Below are positions 40,202 to 48,650 of a DNA stretch of 64,000 nt, in pieces (position 1 is the stretch's first letter; each line of letters begins with the position of its first letter). This DNA comes from an uncultured delta proteobacterium. Its GTDB lineage: Bacteria > Myxococcota_A > Polyangia > Polyangiales > Polyangiaceae. The stretch spans positions 1,248,001-1,312,000 of the forward strand of contig CAWKKR010000008.1 of NCBI GenBank assembly GCA_963850305.1, given 5' to 3'. The notes below the pieces were generated by a model that saw nothing but the letters and a program-made list of their open reading frames with translations, did not search any database and was not told the origin of the DNA. The position numbers and the translations under genes were made by a program.

Positions 40202-40576
40202 TCACACGTCATCATCGGCGTCCTCGTCGCGCCCCCGAATGATCGCGTCGAGGACGGCCATGATTGCGCCGAGGACGGACGCATCCTCGCTCAGGACGCG
40301 TCCGTCCTCGCTCAGGACGCGTCCGTCCTCGCTCAGGACGCGTCCGTCCTCGCTCAGGACGCGTCCGTCCTCGCTCAGGACGCGTCCGTCCTGGGCGAGA
40401 TCATGAGCGTCCTCGGTCAGGATGTACGCGTCCTCGGTCAGGATGTACGCGTCCTCGGTCAGGACGTACGCGTCCTCGGTCAGGACGTACGCGTCCTCGG
40501 TCAGGACGTACGCGTCCTCGGTCAGGACGTACGCGTCCTCGGTCAGGATGTACGCGTCCTCGCTCAGGATGCCCAT
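40202..40576 (-). CDS. Possible acidic heptad-repeat protein (124 aa)
   Basis: ATG 21 bp after the ilvA stop; (AYVLTED)n(GRVLSED)n; could be non-coding. Confidence 0.4.
   Translation of the reverse strand: MGILSEDAYILTEDAYVLTEDAYVLTEDAYVLTEDAYVLTEDAYILTEDAYILTEDAHDLAQDGRVLSEDGRVLSEDGRVLSEDGRVLSEDGRVLSEDASVLGAIMAVLDAIIRGRDEDADDDV
40283..40576. repeat. 21-bp tandem repeat x14 (two sub-arrays)
   Basis: 5x gtcctcgctcaggacgcgtcc, 1 divergent unit, 7x gtcctcggtcagga(c/t)gtacgc, 1 terminal unit. Confidence 0.95.
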
Positions 40577-40596
40577 GAGTGACGACGGGGGAGCAG

Positions 40597-42117
40597 TCAG
40601 ACTCCCAGTAACAGCCGCGCTGCTGGACTGGCGGTTTCGTTCTCGAAGGGATATCCGAGCGCTTCGAGGGTCGCTTCCAGATCGCCACGCTCGGCCTCCG
40701 GCACCTCGAGCCCGCACAGCACGCGGCCGAAGGCGGAGCCGTGGTTTCGATAATGGAATAGCGAGATGTTCCAGCGCGCACCGAGGCTCTTCAGGAATTC
40801 CAGGAGCGCGCCGGGCCGCTCGGGAAACTCGAATGTGTAGAGCACTTCGTCGCGGGCGTTCGTCGACCGTCCGCCGACCATGTGACGCACGTGCGTCTTG
40901 GCGAGATTGTCGCGGGAAAGGTCGTCGCACTTGCAGCCCTGGCTCTCGAACGACTGCACGAGAGCGCGGAGCTCCTCGGCGCCGCTGACCTCGACCCCGA
41001 CGAACACGTCGGCAGCGTCGCGCGAGCCGAGGCGGTAGTTGAACTCCGTGACGCTCCGCTCGCCGACGACGTGACAGAACTCCAGAAATGCGCCCGGACG
41101 TTCCGGGATGGTGACGACGAGGATGGCTTCACGGACCTGGCCGACTTCCGCACGTTCGGCGACGTACCCGAGCTTCGCGAACGAGATGTTCGCGCCCGAG
41201 GCGATCGCGACGACGGGGCCGGCAGCGAGCGCATTCTCGGCGCAGGCGCGCTTCACGCCGGCGATGGCGAGCGCGCCGGCGGGCTCGAGCACGGTGCGGG
41301 TGTCCTCGAAGGCGTCCTGGATCGCCGCGCAGATCTCGTCGGTGGAGACGACGACGATGCCGTCGAGGTTGCGCCGGCAGAGGTCGAAGGTCAGCTCGCC
41401 GACTTCCTTGACGGCCACGCCGTCGGCGAAGATGCCGACGCGATCGAGCCGCACGCGCCGGCCTTCGGCGAGCGAACGGCGCATCGCGTCGCTCGACGCG
41501 GACTGAACGCCGATGATGCGCACGTCGGGCCGAAGCTCTTTCACGACCGCCGCGATACCGGAGACGAGCCCTCCGCCGCCGATGGGAACGAAGATGGAAC
41601 CGAGGTTCCGGGGGGCCTGGCGCAAGATCTCGAGACCTATGGTGCCCTGGCCTGCGATGACGTCGAGATCGTCGAACGGCGGGATCTGGACGGCGCTCGT
41701 CGCGAGCGCGAGCTCGTCGGAGAAGACGGCGGCGTCGCTGTAGCTGTCGCCGACCAGATCGATGCGGGCACCGAGCGCTCGCACCGCTGCCACCTTGATC
41801 GCCGGCGTCGTCCGCGGCATGACGATGCGACACCGGATGCCGAGCCGTCGCGCCGCGAACGCGACGCCCTGCGCGTGATTGCCGGCCGAAGCCGCGATGA
41901 CGCCGCGTGCGCGCTCCGCCTCGGACAGCGCGGCGATCCGGTTGTACGCGCCGCGCAGCTTGAACGAGAAGACCGGCGTGAGATCCTCTCGCTTGAGGAG
42001 CACGGGGTGTCCGAGACGCTCCGAGAGATTTCGCGCCGGATCGAGGGGCGTGGGTTCGGGCAAGACGTCGGCGACGCGCGCGTTGAGCGCGCGCTTCAGG
42101 AGGTCGTAAGTCATCAT
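40597..42117 (-). CDS. ilvA: Threonine ammonia-lyase, biosynthetic
   Basis: KREDL..FSFKLRGAYN, SAGNHAQG and two regulatory domains (PERPGA, FHYRNHG). Confidence 0.95.
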   Translation of the reverse strand: MMTYDLLKRALNARVADVLPEPTPLDPARNLSERLGHPVLLKREDLTPVFSFKLRGAYNRIAALSEAERARGVIAASAGNHAQGVAFAARRLGIRCRIVMPRTTPAIKVAAVRALGARIDLVGDSYSDAAVFSDELALATSAVQIPPFDDLDVIAGQGTIGLEILRQAPRNLGSIFVPIGGGGLVSGIAAVVKELRPDVRIIGVQSASSDAMRRSLAEGRRVRLDRVGIFADGVAVKEVGELTFDLCRRNLDGIVVVSTDEICAAIQDAFEDTRTVLEPAGALAIAGVKRACAENALAAGPVVAIASGANISFAKLGYVAERAEVGQVREAILVVTIPERPGAFLEFCHVVGERSVTEFNYRLGSRDAADVFVGVEVSGAEELRALVQSFESQGCKCDDLSRDNLAKTHVRHMVGGRSTNARDEVLYTFEFPERPGALLEFLKSLGARWNISLFHYRNHGSAFGRVLCGLEVPEAERGDLEATLEALGYPFENETASPAARLLLGV

Positions 42118-42827
42118 GCCTCGTCGATGAGGAGGCGGGCTTCGTTGAGCCCCCGGCTCACGGGCGCGACGCGCGGATCGGTGCGGATGTGTTCGATGAG
42201 CCCGCCCATGGCTTGACGGTACGTGTCGAGATCGATCTCCCCGCGCAGGAGCTCGACGCGAAGAAAGATGCCCGCCGTTTGAACCACGTCGCACAGACAA
42301 TAGTCCCGCACCTCGTCGATGCGGCCTGCGTGGACGAGGGGGCCCACGTCGTGCCCGGCGATCCCGACTTTCCCCGGCATGCCGCAGAGTCGCGCGATGA
42401 CGTCGAGCTTCGACGGCTTGGCGGCGCCGAAGTCCGCGACGTAGTCCATCAGATCGAGGTGTCCCTCGGCCGAGTATCGATAACGGATTTCGCGCGAGCG
42501 ATAATAGTGCCGGAGCTGCACGCCGTGGCGGAGGCAGCGCGCGGCGATGACGGGCATGTCGAACCCGCGCCCGTTGTACGTGACGAGGTCCGGGCGACGC
42601 TCGTCCAGGAAGCGCGCGAAGTCGCGAAGCGAGGTGGCCTCGTCCCTGCCGTCACCGATGACCCCGAGCCGGCTGACCTTGTAGTCCGCGTCGAACCACA
42701 GAACCCCGATGACGACGATCTGGTGGTGCGGCGGAGCCGGCAGCCGTTCCACGTCGCTGCCCTCGGCAATGGGGAGCTCGGGATCGAGCACGGTCTCGAT
42801 GTCGAGGACCAGATAGGAACGCCGCAC
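42114..42827 (-). CDS. PolB-exonuclease-like 3'-5' exonuclease
   Basis: LDIET, LVTYNGRGFD, HLDLMD and YCLCDV. Confidence 0.85.
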   Translation of the reverse strand: MRRSYLVLDIETVLDPELPIAEGSDVERLPAPPHHQIVVIGVLWFDADYKVSRLGVIGDGRDEATSLRDFARFLDERRPDLVTYNGRGFDMPVIAARCLRHGVQLRHYYRSREIRYRYSAEGHLDLMDYVADFGAAKPSKLDVIARLCGMPGKVGIAGHDVGPLVHAGRIDEVRDYCLCDVVQTAGIFLRVELLRGEIDLDTYRQAMGGLIEHIRTDPRVAPVSRGLNEARLLIDEA

Positions 42828-43021
42828 CTAGGAGAGCATGGGCCCTTGCCGAGATGGCGGTCAATGCGGACACAATTCGAAGAGGTTTCCCTGGGTTATG
42901 TGCTATTTCAGGGGTCTTCGCCGGCGCATCCCATTCGGGGATACGGAGGTCCTTTACGGCGGGGGGGCGACATGCCCTGATAGCCGGTGCCAGCCCGGCG
43001 AATCCTGTCCGGCCCGAGCAA

Positions 43022-45086
43022 ATGGCCCGAAATATTCTCGTCATCAACGTCGACCTTCGAGAGACCCGCGTTGCCCTGATTGAAAACGGCGTGATCGCCG
43101 AGCTTCAGATCGAACGCGCCGCGAATCGCGGGAGCGTCGGCAATGTCGTACTGGGCAAGGTGACCCGCGTGCTTCCTGGCATGCAGGCCGCATTCATCGA
43201 TATCGGGATGGAACGCGCGGCGTTTCTCCACGTCGAAGACTTGATTCGTCCCGACGACTTCGAGGCGTATCTCGCCGGCGGGGGGACCGGCGCGAACGAG
43301 GACGGGGACGAACACATTCGCGGCGAGTCCGCGCGCCGCGCCGATTACGGCACCGCGCCCGTGGCCGAGGACGACGACGATGACGAGGAAATCGTCATCG
43401 GACCCGAAAAGCCGGATACGGACGAGCCGAGCGACCCCGCGGGCGCCGAAGAACACGACGGCGATGAAGCGAGCGATCCCGAACCGACCGAAGACGCCGA
43501 GCCGGAGGAGGGCGCCGCGGATGCGGACTCCGAGGGCTCGGAAGAGCCGGACGACCCGGAAGAGGAGGACGCGCCTGCCGTCGCCGCGGAGGGCGATTCT
43601 GGCGAAGGCCCCCGGGCACCGCTCGCCGCGGAGTCGCCGGCGGGCGCGGGCACGGTGGACAAGGCGCAGGAAGATCTCGGAGCTCCGCCAGGCGCCTGGC
43701 CGGAGGCGGCGACGACGGCGACGAAAGGGTGGCGTGGCGAAAGCGGCCGAGGCGCCGCCGGCGGGCAAGGCTCGCAACGACGCGAAGGGACGTGAGAGCG
43801 ACCAGGGGCGTGACAACCGCAATGGTCGCCCCGGCGCTCGCCGCAAGGATGCGCGCCTTTCACGCTCGGTGCCGATCACGGAGGTCGTCAAGGAGGGGGA
43901 CGAGGTCATCGTCCAGATCTCGAAGGAGCCGATCGGCACCAAGGGCGCGCGCGTGCACGAGCCACGTCTCGCTGCCCGGCCGCTACGTCGTCTACCTGCC
44001 GACGGTCGAGCACATCGGCATCTCGAAGCGCATCGGGTCCGCACAAGGAGCGCGCGCGCCTGCGCGAGTCGATCGAGGCGATGAAGCCGCCGAAGGGCGG
44101 GCTCATCGTGCGCACCGTCGCCGAAGGGCTCACGAAGAAGCAGCTCAAGGCGGACGTCGGCTACCTCGTGCGCCTCTGGGGCGAGGTCGTCGCAGAAGCA
44201 CGAAGGCGCAAAGGCGCCGACCATCCTCTACACGCGAGCTCGATCTCGTGCTGAAGACCGCGCGCGACCTCTTCACCGACGAGATCGACGAAGATCGTCA
44301 TCGACGACAAGGAGCAGTACGAGCGGCTCGTTCGCTTCGTCGAGATGTTCATGCCCGAGCGCGTCGAGGGACATCGAGCTCTACACGGGCGACGAGCCCA
44401 TCTTCGACGCGTACGGCATCGAGGACGAGATCAGCCGCGCGCTCAGTCGCGCAAGGTGCCGCTCCCGAGCGGCGGCTACCTCATCATCGATCAGGCCGAG
44501 GCGCTGACGGCCATCGACGTCAACACCGGCCGATTCGTCGGCAAGGGCAGCCAAGGACTCGAGGAGACGATCCTCAAGACGAACCTCGAGGCCGTCGACG
44601 AGATCGCCTACCAGCTCCGCTTCCGCAACATCGGCGGGCTCATCATCCTCGACCTCATCGACATGGAGCGGCACGCCAACCGCGAGAAGGTCCGGCGCGC
44701 CCTCGAGGAGCTCCTCGCAGAAGGACAAGGCGAAGACGACGCTGAACCGCATCAGCGAGCTCGGCCTCATCGAGATGACGCGCAAGCGCACGCGCGAGAG
44801 CCTCGGGCGCGTGCTGCACGAGCCGTGCTTCTACTGCGACGGCACCGGGCAGCTCCAGTCGCAAGCGAGACGATCGCGTACGAGATCCTGCGCCAGATCC
44901 GGCGCGAGCGCGCGCAGCTGCCCGGCTACTCCGTCGTCGTCAACGCTCACCCCGCGGTCGTCGACTTCATGCAGACCGAAGAGCGCGCCGCGGTCGAGGA
45001 GGCGGAGCCGGCTTTCCAGCGGCGGATCACTGCTCACCCCGCGCAAGGAGTATCACCTCGAGCAGTTCGATCTGCAGGGGAAGTGA
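43022..45086 (+). CDS. Rne/Rng family ribonuclease, with multiple frameshifts from about 43700 onward
   Basis: GKVTRVLPGMQAAFIDIG, VQISKEPIGTKGAR, TAIDVNTG, RNIGGLIILDLIDM and MTRKR spread over several frames. Confidence 0.85.
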
Positions 45087-45101
45087 AGCGACCGCGGGAC
45101 C

Positions 45102-45420
45102 ATGACGGACACGACGAGCGACGCGACGAGCGCGTCACGATCAACAAAGAGTTCGAGTCGTTCGACGCGTTCATCCAAGAGTACGTGACGAACATCTCGC
45201 GGACCGGCGTGTTCATCAAGACGGCGACGCCGCTGCCGGTCGGCACGAGCGTGAACCTCGGTTCACGCGTCATCATGGACGACATCGAGACGGTCGAGGG
45301 GATCGGCGAGGTCGTGCGCGTCGAAGCCGACCCGCCGGGCATGGGCGTCGTCTTCCGGAGCTCTCGAGCTACTCCCAGGGTCTGATCGAGAAGCTCTTGA
45401 CCGTGCAGTCGGGCGCCTGA
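45102..45420 (+). CDS. Myxobacterial PilZ-domain protein (frameshifted)
   Basis: RRDERV..NISRTGVFIKT..GEVVRV..GMGVVF. Confidence 0.7.
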
Positions 45421-45450
45421 GTCGTCGCGCCCCTTCCCGCGCCTGGCGGG

Positions 45451-45467
45451 CCGGCACGATCATTGCT
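45451..45467 (+). promoter_or_regulatory. Sigma-54 (-24/-12) promoter
   Basis: CCGGCACGATCATTGCT (GG-N10-GC), followed by an AGGAGG Shine-Dalgarno and the ATG at 45518. Confidence 0.6.
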
Positions 45468-45517
45468 CGATGTAGGGCGCTATCTCGCATACACCTACCA
45501 ATAGAGGAGGGGGCCAA

Positions 45518-46942
45518 ATGAGCAAAATCCTGGTCGTGGATTCGGATGAAACGACGTGCGCGCGACTCCGGCTACGGCTGGAGGCCGAGGGCCACGACGT
45601 GGCGATTTTCAGCGCGGTGAACGGTGCTTGCGAGTCATTTCGAGCGGGGGTGGACGCCGTCGTGCTCGGCCTGACGTCTCCGGGCGATCCCGCCCTCACG
45701 ACGCTGCGGGCGCTCCGTCGAATAGACTCGGCGGTTCCGGTAATCGTCGTCGCGCGTTCGTCCGAGGACGCGATTTCTGCGCTTCGGGAGGGTGCGCACT
45801 TTGCCGCTCGCGCCCCCATCGACGTCGAAGAGGTGGCGCTCCTGGCGAACCGCGCCCTGGAGGCCCCCCGGAGTCGGCGGGTGCTCGCGCGCGGTGCCGG
45901 GAGCACGAATATCGACGAGCTTCTGGTCGGACGCACGCCGGCAATGTCGTCCATCAAGGAGACGATCCGCCGTCTCTCGACGAGTCCGGGCACCACGGTC
46001 CTCGTCACGGGCGAGAGCGGCAGCGGCAAGGATGCCGTAGCGCGCACGCTGCACGCGGCGACTGCACCGGATGCTTCCTTCGTTTATCTCACCCCATCCG
46101 CTCTCCGGGAACCATTGCTCGAAGTCGAGCTGTTCGGGATCGAATCCGGCGCCTCTCCCGATCACGCGACCCACGCCGGACTGCTCGAGTGCGCCGGCTG
46201 CGGCACGTTGTTTCTCGACGAGATCAGCGACATGCCGCCGTCTCTCCAGGCAAAGCTTCTTCGCTTTCTCGAGGGGAAGACGTTTCGAAGGATAGGCGCA
46301 ACCGAGGATCGTACGTCGGAAGCGCGCGTCGTCGCGTCCACGAGCTCGGACGTCCACGCCGCGGCTCGAAACGGGGTGCTGCGCTCCGAGCTCCTTTACC
46401 GGCTCCTGGTCGTCGTCATCGAGGTGCCGCCGCTTCGCGAACGACGGACCGACATTCCGCTCCTCGTCACACATTTCCTGGACGCGTTCGCGCGACGCCT
46501 CGGAAGGCCGCGGCTCACGGCAACCCCTTCTGCGCTGCGGTCGTTGACCGCCCACGCTTGGCCAGGAAACGTACGAGAGCTCGCGAACGTCATAGAGCAG
46601 GCGGCGCTTCTGTCCGAGAAGGACACGCTCGACGTCTCCGACTTCTCGCTCCCCCCGCCCAGGCCATCCAGGGTCGAGTTCCGCCTGCCAGCCGGCGGTA
46701 TCGAGTTCAGGAAGCTCGAGCGCGAGGTCGTCGAACAGGCGCTTCACCTCGCCCGTGGCAACCAGACCCGAGCCGCGTCTCTACTGGGGATGACCCGGGA
46801 CCAGATCCGTTATCGGATGCTGAAATTCAACATGAACTTCCGCGACGCCGCGGGCGCGCCGGCGGCCAGCGCCGCACGACCGATAGAGGCCACCTTCAAC
46901 GCCGACGTGCGCCTCGACGTCGCCGAGCGGCGCGCCGGCTGA
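45518..46942 (+). CDS. NtrC-like REC-AAA+-HTH regulator with degenerate receiver and GAFTGA motifs
   Basis: GESGSGKD, LFLDEI, WPGNVREL and GNQTRAA HTH. Confidence 0.88.
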   Translation: MSKILVVDSDETTCARLRLRLEAEGHDVAIFSAVNGACESFRAGVDAVVLGLTSPGDPALTTLRALRRIDSAVPVIVVARSSEDAISALREGAHFAARAPIDVEEVALLANRALEAPRSRRVLARGAGSTNIDELLVGRTPAMSSIKETIRRLSTSPGTTVLVTGESGSGKDAVARTLHAATAPDASFVYLTPSALREPLLEVELFGIESGASPDHATHAGLLECAGCGTLFLDEISDMPPSLQAKLLRFLEGKTFRRIGATEDRTSEARVVASTSSDVHAAARNGVLRSELLYRLLVVVIEVPPLRERRTDIPLLVTHFLDAFARRLGRPRLTATPSALRSLTAHAWPGNVRELANVIEQAALLSEKDTLDVSDFSLPPPRPSRVEFRLPAGGIEFRKLEREVVEQALHLARGNQTRAASLLGMTRDQIRYRMLKFNMNFRDAAGAPAASAARPIEATFNADVRLDVAERRAG

Positions 46943-46953
46943 GGATCGGACAC

Positions 46954-47064
46954 TCAGCCAGCGATTTGTTTGCGGCGGCGCTTGTTCTTGGCCTTGATCT
47001 GAGCCTTGAAACGAGCGCTGCGCTTCCGGTCGCGCGTCTTGGGTCCGATTTTCGCGAGGAACAT
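46954..47064 (-). CDS. Small basic protein (36 aa), not in the ORF track
   Basis: MFLAKIGPKTRDRKRSARFKAQIKAKNKRRRKQIAG; 15 of 36 residues are K/R. Confidence 0.6.
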   Translation of the reverse strand: MFLAKIGPKTRDRKRSARFKAQIKAKNKRRRKQIAG

Positions 47065-47108
47065 GGCCGCCCGCTTTTACGGCGTTCCATCCCCCAGCGC
47101 AACTCCCA

Positions 47109-47280
47109 CGAGAGCGTCGAGATGCCCCAGCGCTGGAAGCCAGCTCAATGAGAGGAAGCCCTGGGGTGGTGGCGAAGACCGCTGGGGCAGATCGGCGGGT
47201 AAGGCGCGGAGCCGTGCGAAGGCACGGCGAGCACCGAGAGCGTCGAGATGCCCCAGCGCTCGAAGCCACCGCCCCAGGGC
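47109..47280. repeat. Long palindromic REP/MITE-like element with a partial direct duplication
   Basis: Arms 47158-47189 / 47249-47280 around gccgtgc-gaag-gcacggc; 47109-47142 repeats 47235-47268. Confidence 0.8.
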
Positions 47281-47281
47281 G

Positions 47282-47870
47282 TCAGGCGCCGCGTTTTAGT
47301 TCGGTTAGAACCAGCTTGCTGACGGCCTTCAGCGTGTCGAACACACCGACCCCCGTGCGGGCCACGGCCTCGTAGTCCGGGACGTTCATCGGGTTCAGGA
47401 CCTGGCGCAGCTCTTCGACCGTGACGGCGTTCGGCAGGTCACGCTTGTTGTACTGCACGACGTACGGGATCTTTTCGAGCGAGTAACCCTGCTCGGCGAG
47501 GTTCGTGCGCAGGTTTTCGACGCTCTCTTCGTTTGCCTCGAGCCGCTCGAGCTGCGAGTCCGCGACGAAAATGACGCCATCCACACCCTTCAGAGATCAG
47601 CTTGCGGCTCGCGTCGTAGAAGACCTGACCCGGCACGGTGTAGAGATGAAACCGCGTCTTGAACCCGCGGATCTCACCGAGCGACAGCGGCAGGAAATCG
47701 AAGAAGAGCGTTCGCTCGGTCTCCGTCGCGAGCGAGATCATCTTTCCCTTCGCATCGGGGTTCGTGCGCTCGTAGATGTACTGCAGATTCGTCGTTTTCC
47801 CGCAGAGCCCTGGCCCGTAATAGACGATCTTGCAGTTGATCTCCCGGGCCATGTAGTTGATGAAGCTCAT
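47282..47870 (-). CDS. mglA: Gliding-motility GTPase MglA (+1 frameshift near 47594)
   Basis: [34 protein letters not shown] and QYNKRD. Confidence 0.95.
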
Positions 47871-47882
47871 CGCGCTACCCGA

Positions 47883-48362
47883 TCAATCGTTGAAGAGGTT
47901 GTCGATGTCTTCGTCGGTGATCTCCGCAAACGGTGAATCTCCGCCCGGCTCCTGAACCTTCGAGAGCAACGCTTCGAAGATTCGGTTCAGCTCCTCGCTC
48001 GCTTTCCTGACGCGCAAACGGACGAGCCCGAGGCTCGACTTGGAGTCGAAAATGACTACCAGGATGACGCGATTTCCGACGAGCTGGATGTGGATGTTCG
48101 CGTTCTCTCCCTCGTGGAACTGGGTCGCGAACTCGTTCTCGCGAAGGAGCTTTGCGATGCCTCCCGTCGCGGCGATGTTTCCAGCCGTGAGCGACGCGAG
48201 GGACGTCGTGTCGATGTTGTCCACCTCACCGCTGGCGGCGATGAGCTGTCCATTCTTGTCGACGATGAAGACTACCCTGGCGTTCGCCTCCTTCACCAGG
48301 CGGTCCACGACCGTCTGGATCTGGTTGAACTCCTCTTCGTACATCACCATCTGAGGATTCAT
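47883..48362 (-). CDS. mglB: Roadblock/LC7 protein MglB
   Basis: MYEEEF, VDKNGQLIA, SLTAGNIAATGG and SPFAEITDEDIDNLF. Confidence 0.95.
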   Translation of the reverse strand: MNPQMVMYEEEFNQIQTVVDRLVKEANARVVFIVDKNGQLIAASGEVDNIDTTSLASLTAGNIAATGGIAKLLRENEFATQFHEGENANIHIQLVGNRVILVVIFDSKSSLGLVRLRVRKASEELNRIFEALLSKVQEPGGDSPFAEITDEDIDNLFND

Positions 48363-48650
48363 TCGGGCCTCCGCGAACCTGCTCGCGACACGATGGCTCC
48401 AAGCGCCGGCGCGCACCGCCTCGCGATCGGGTCGCATGATAAGGACGAGATCTGGGCGACCCCGACGAGCGTCCAGCACGTTCCTCTTGAGCTTGACATG
48501 GCGCGGACGTAGTGGAGGCCGCCGGGAACTTCCGAGCGAGCTTTCCACCCCTTCTAACTGAGCGGAACCGGGCCATCAAGGCACGTCTTTCGATTCTCCT
48601 TCTTGTAGACTGGTTCCCGCAACCCTCCGGATGGAACGACCGGGCCTCCC

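Noticed and set aside
40283..40576. CRISPR array
   Set aside because: Units are contiguous 21-mers with no unique spacers, and there are no cas genes
47282..47870. mglA as a true pseudogene or programmed frameshift
   Set aside because: Single extra base, no slippery site, protein otherwise highly conserved, and similar indels occur throughout the window
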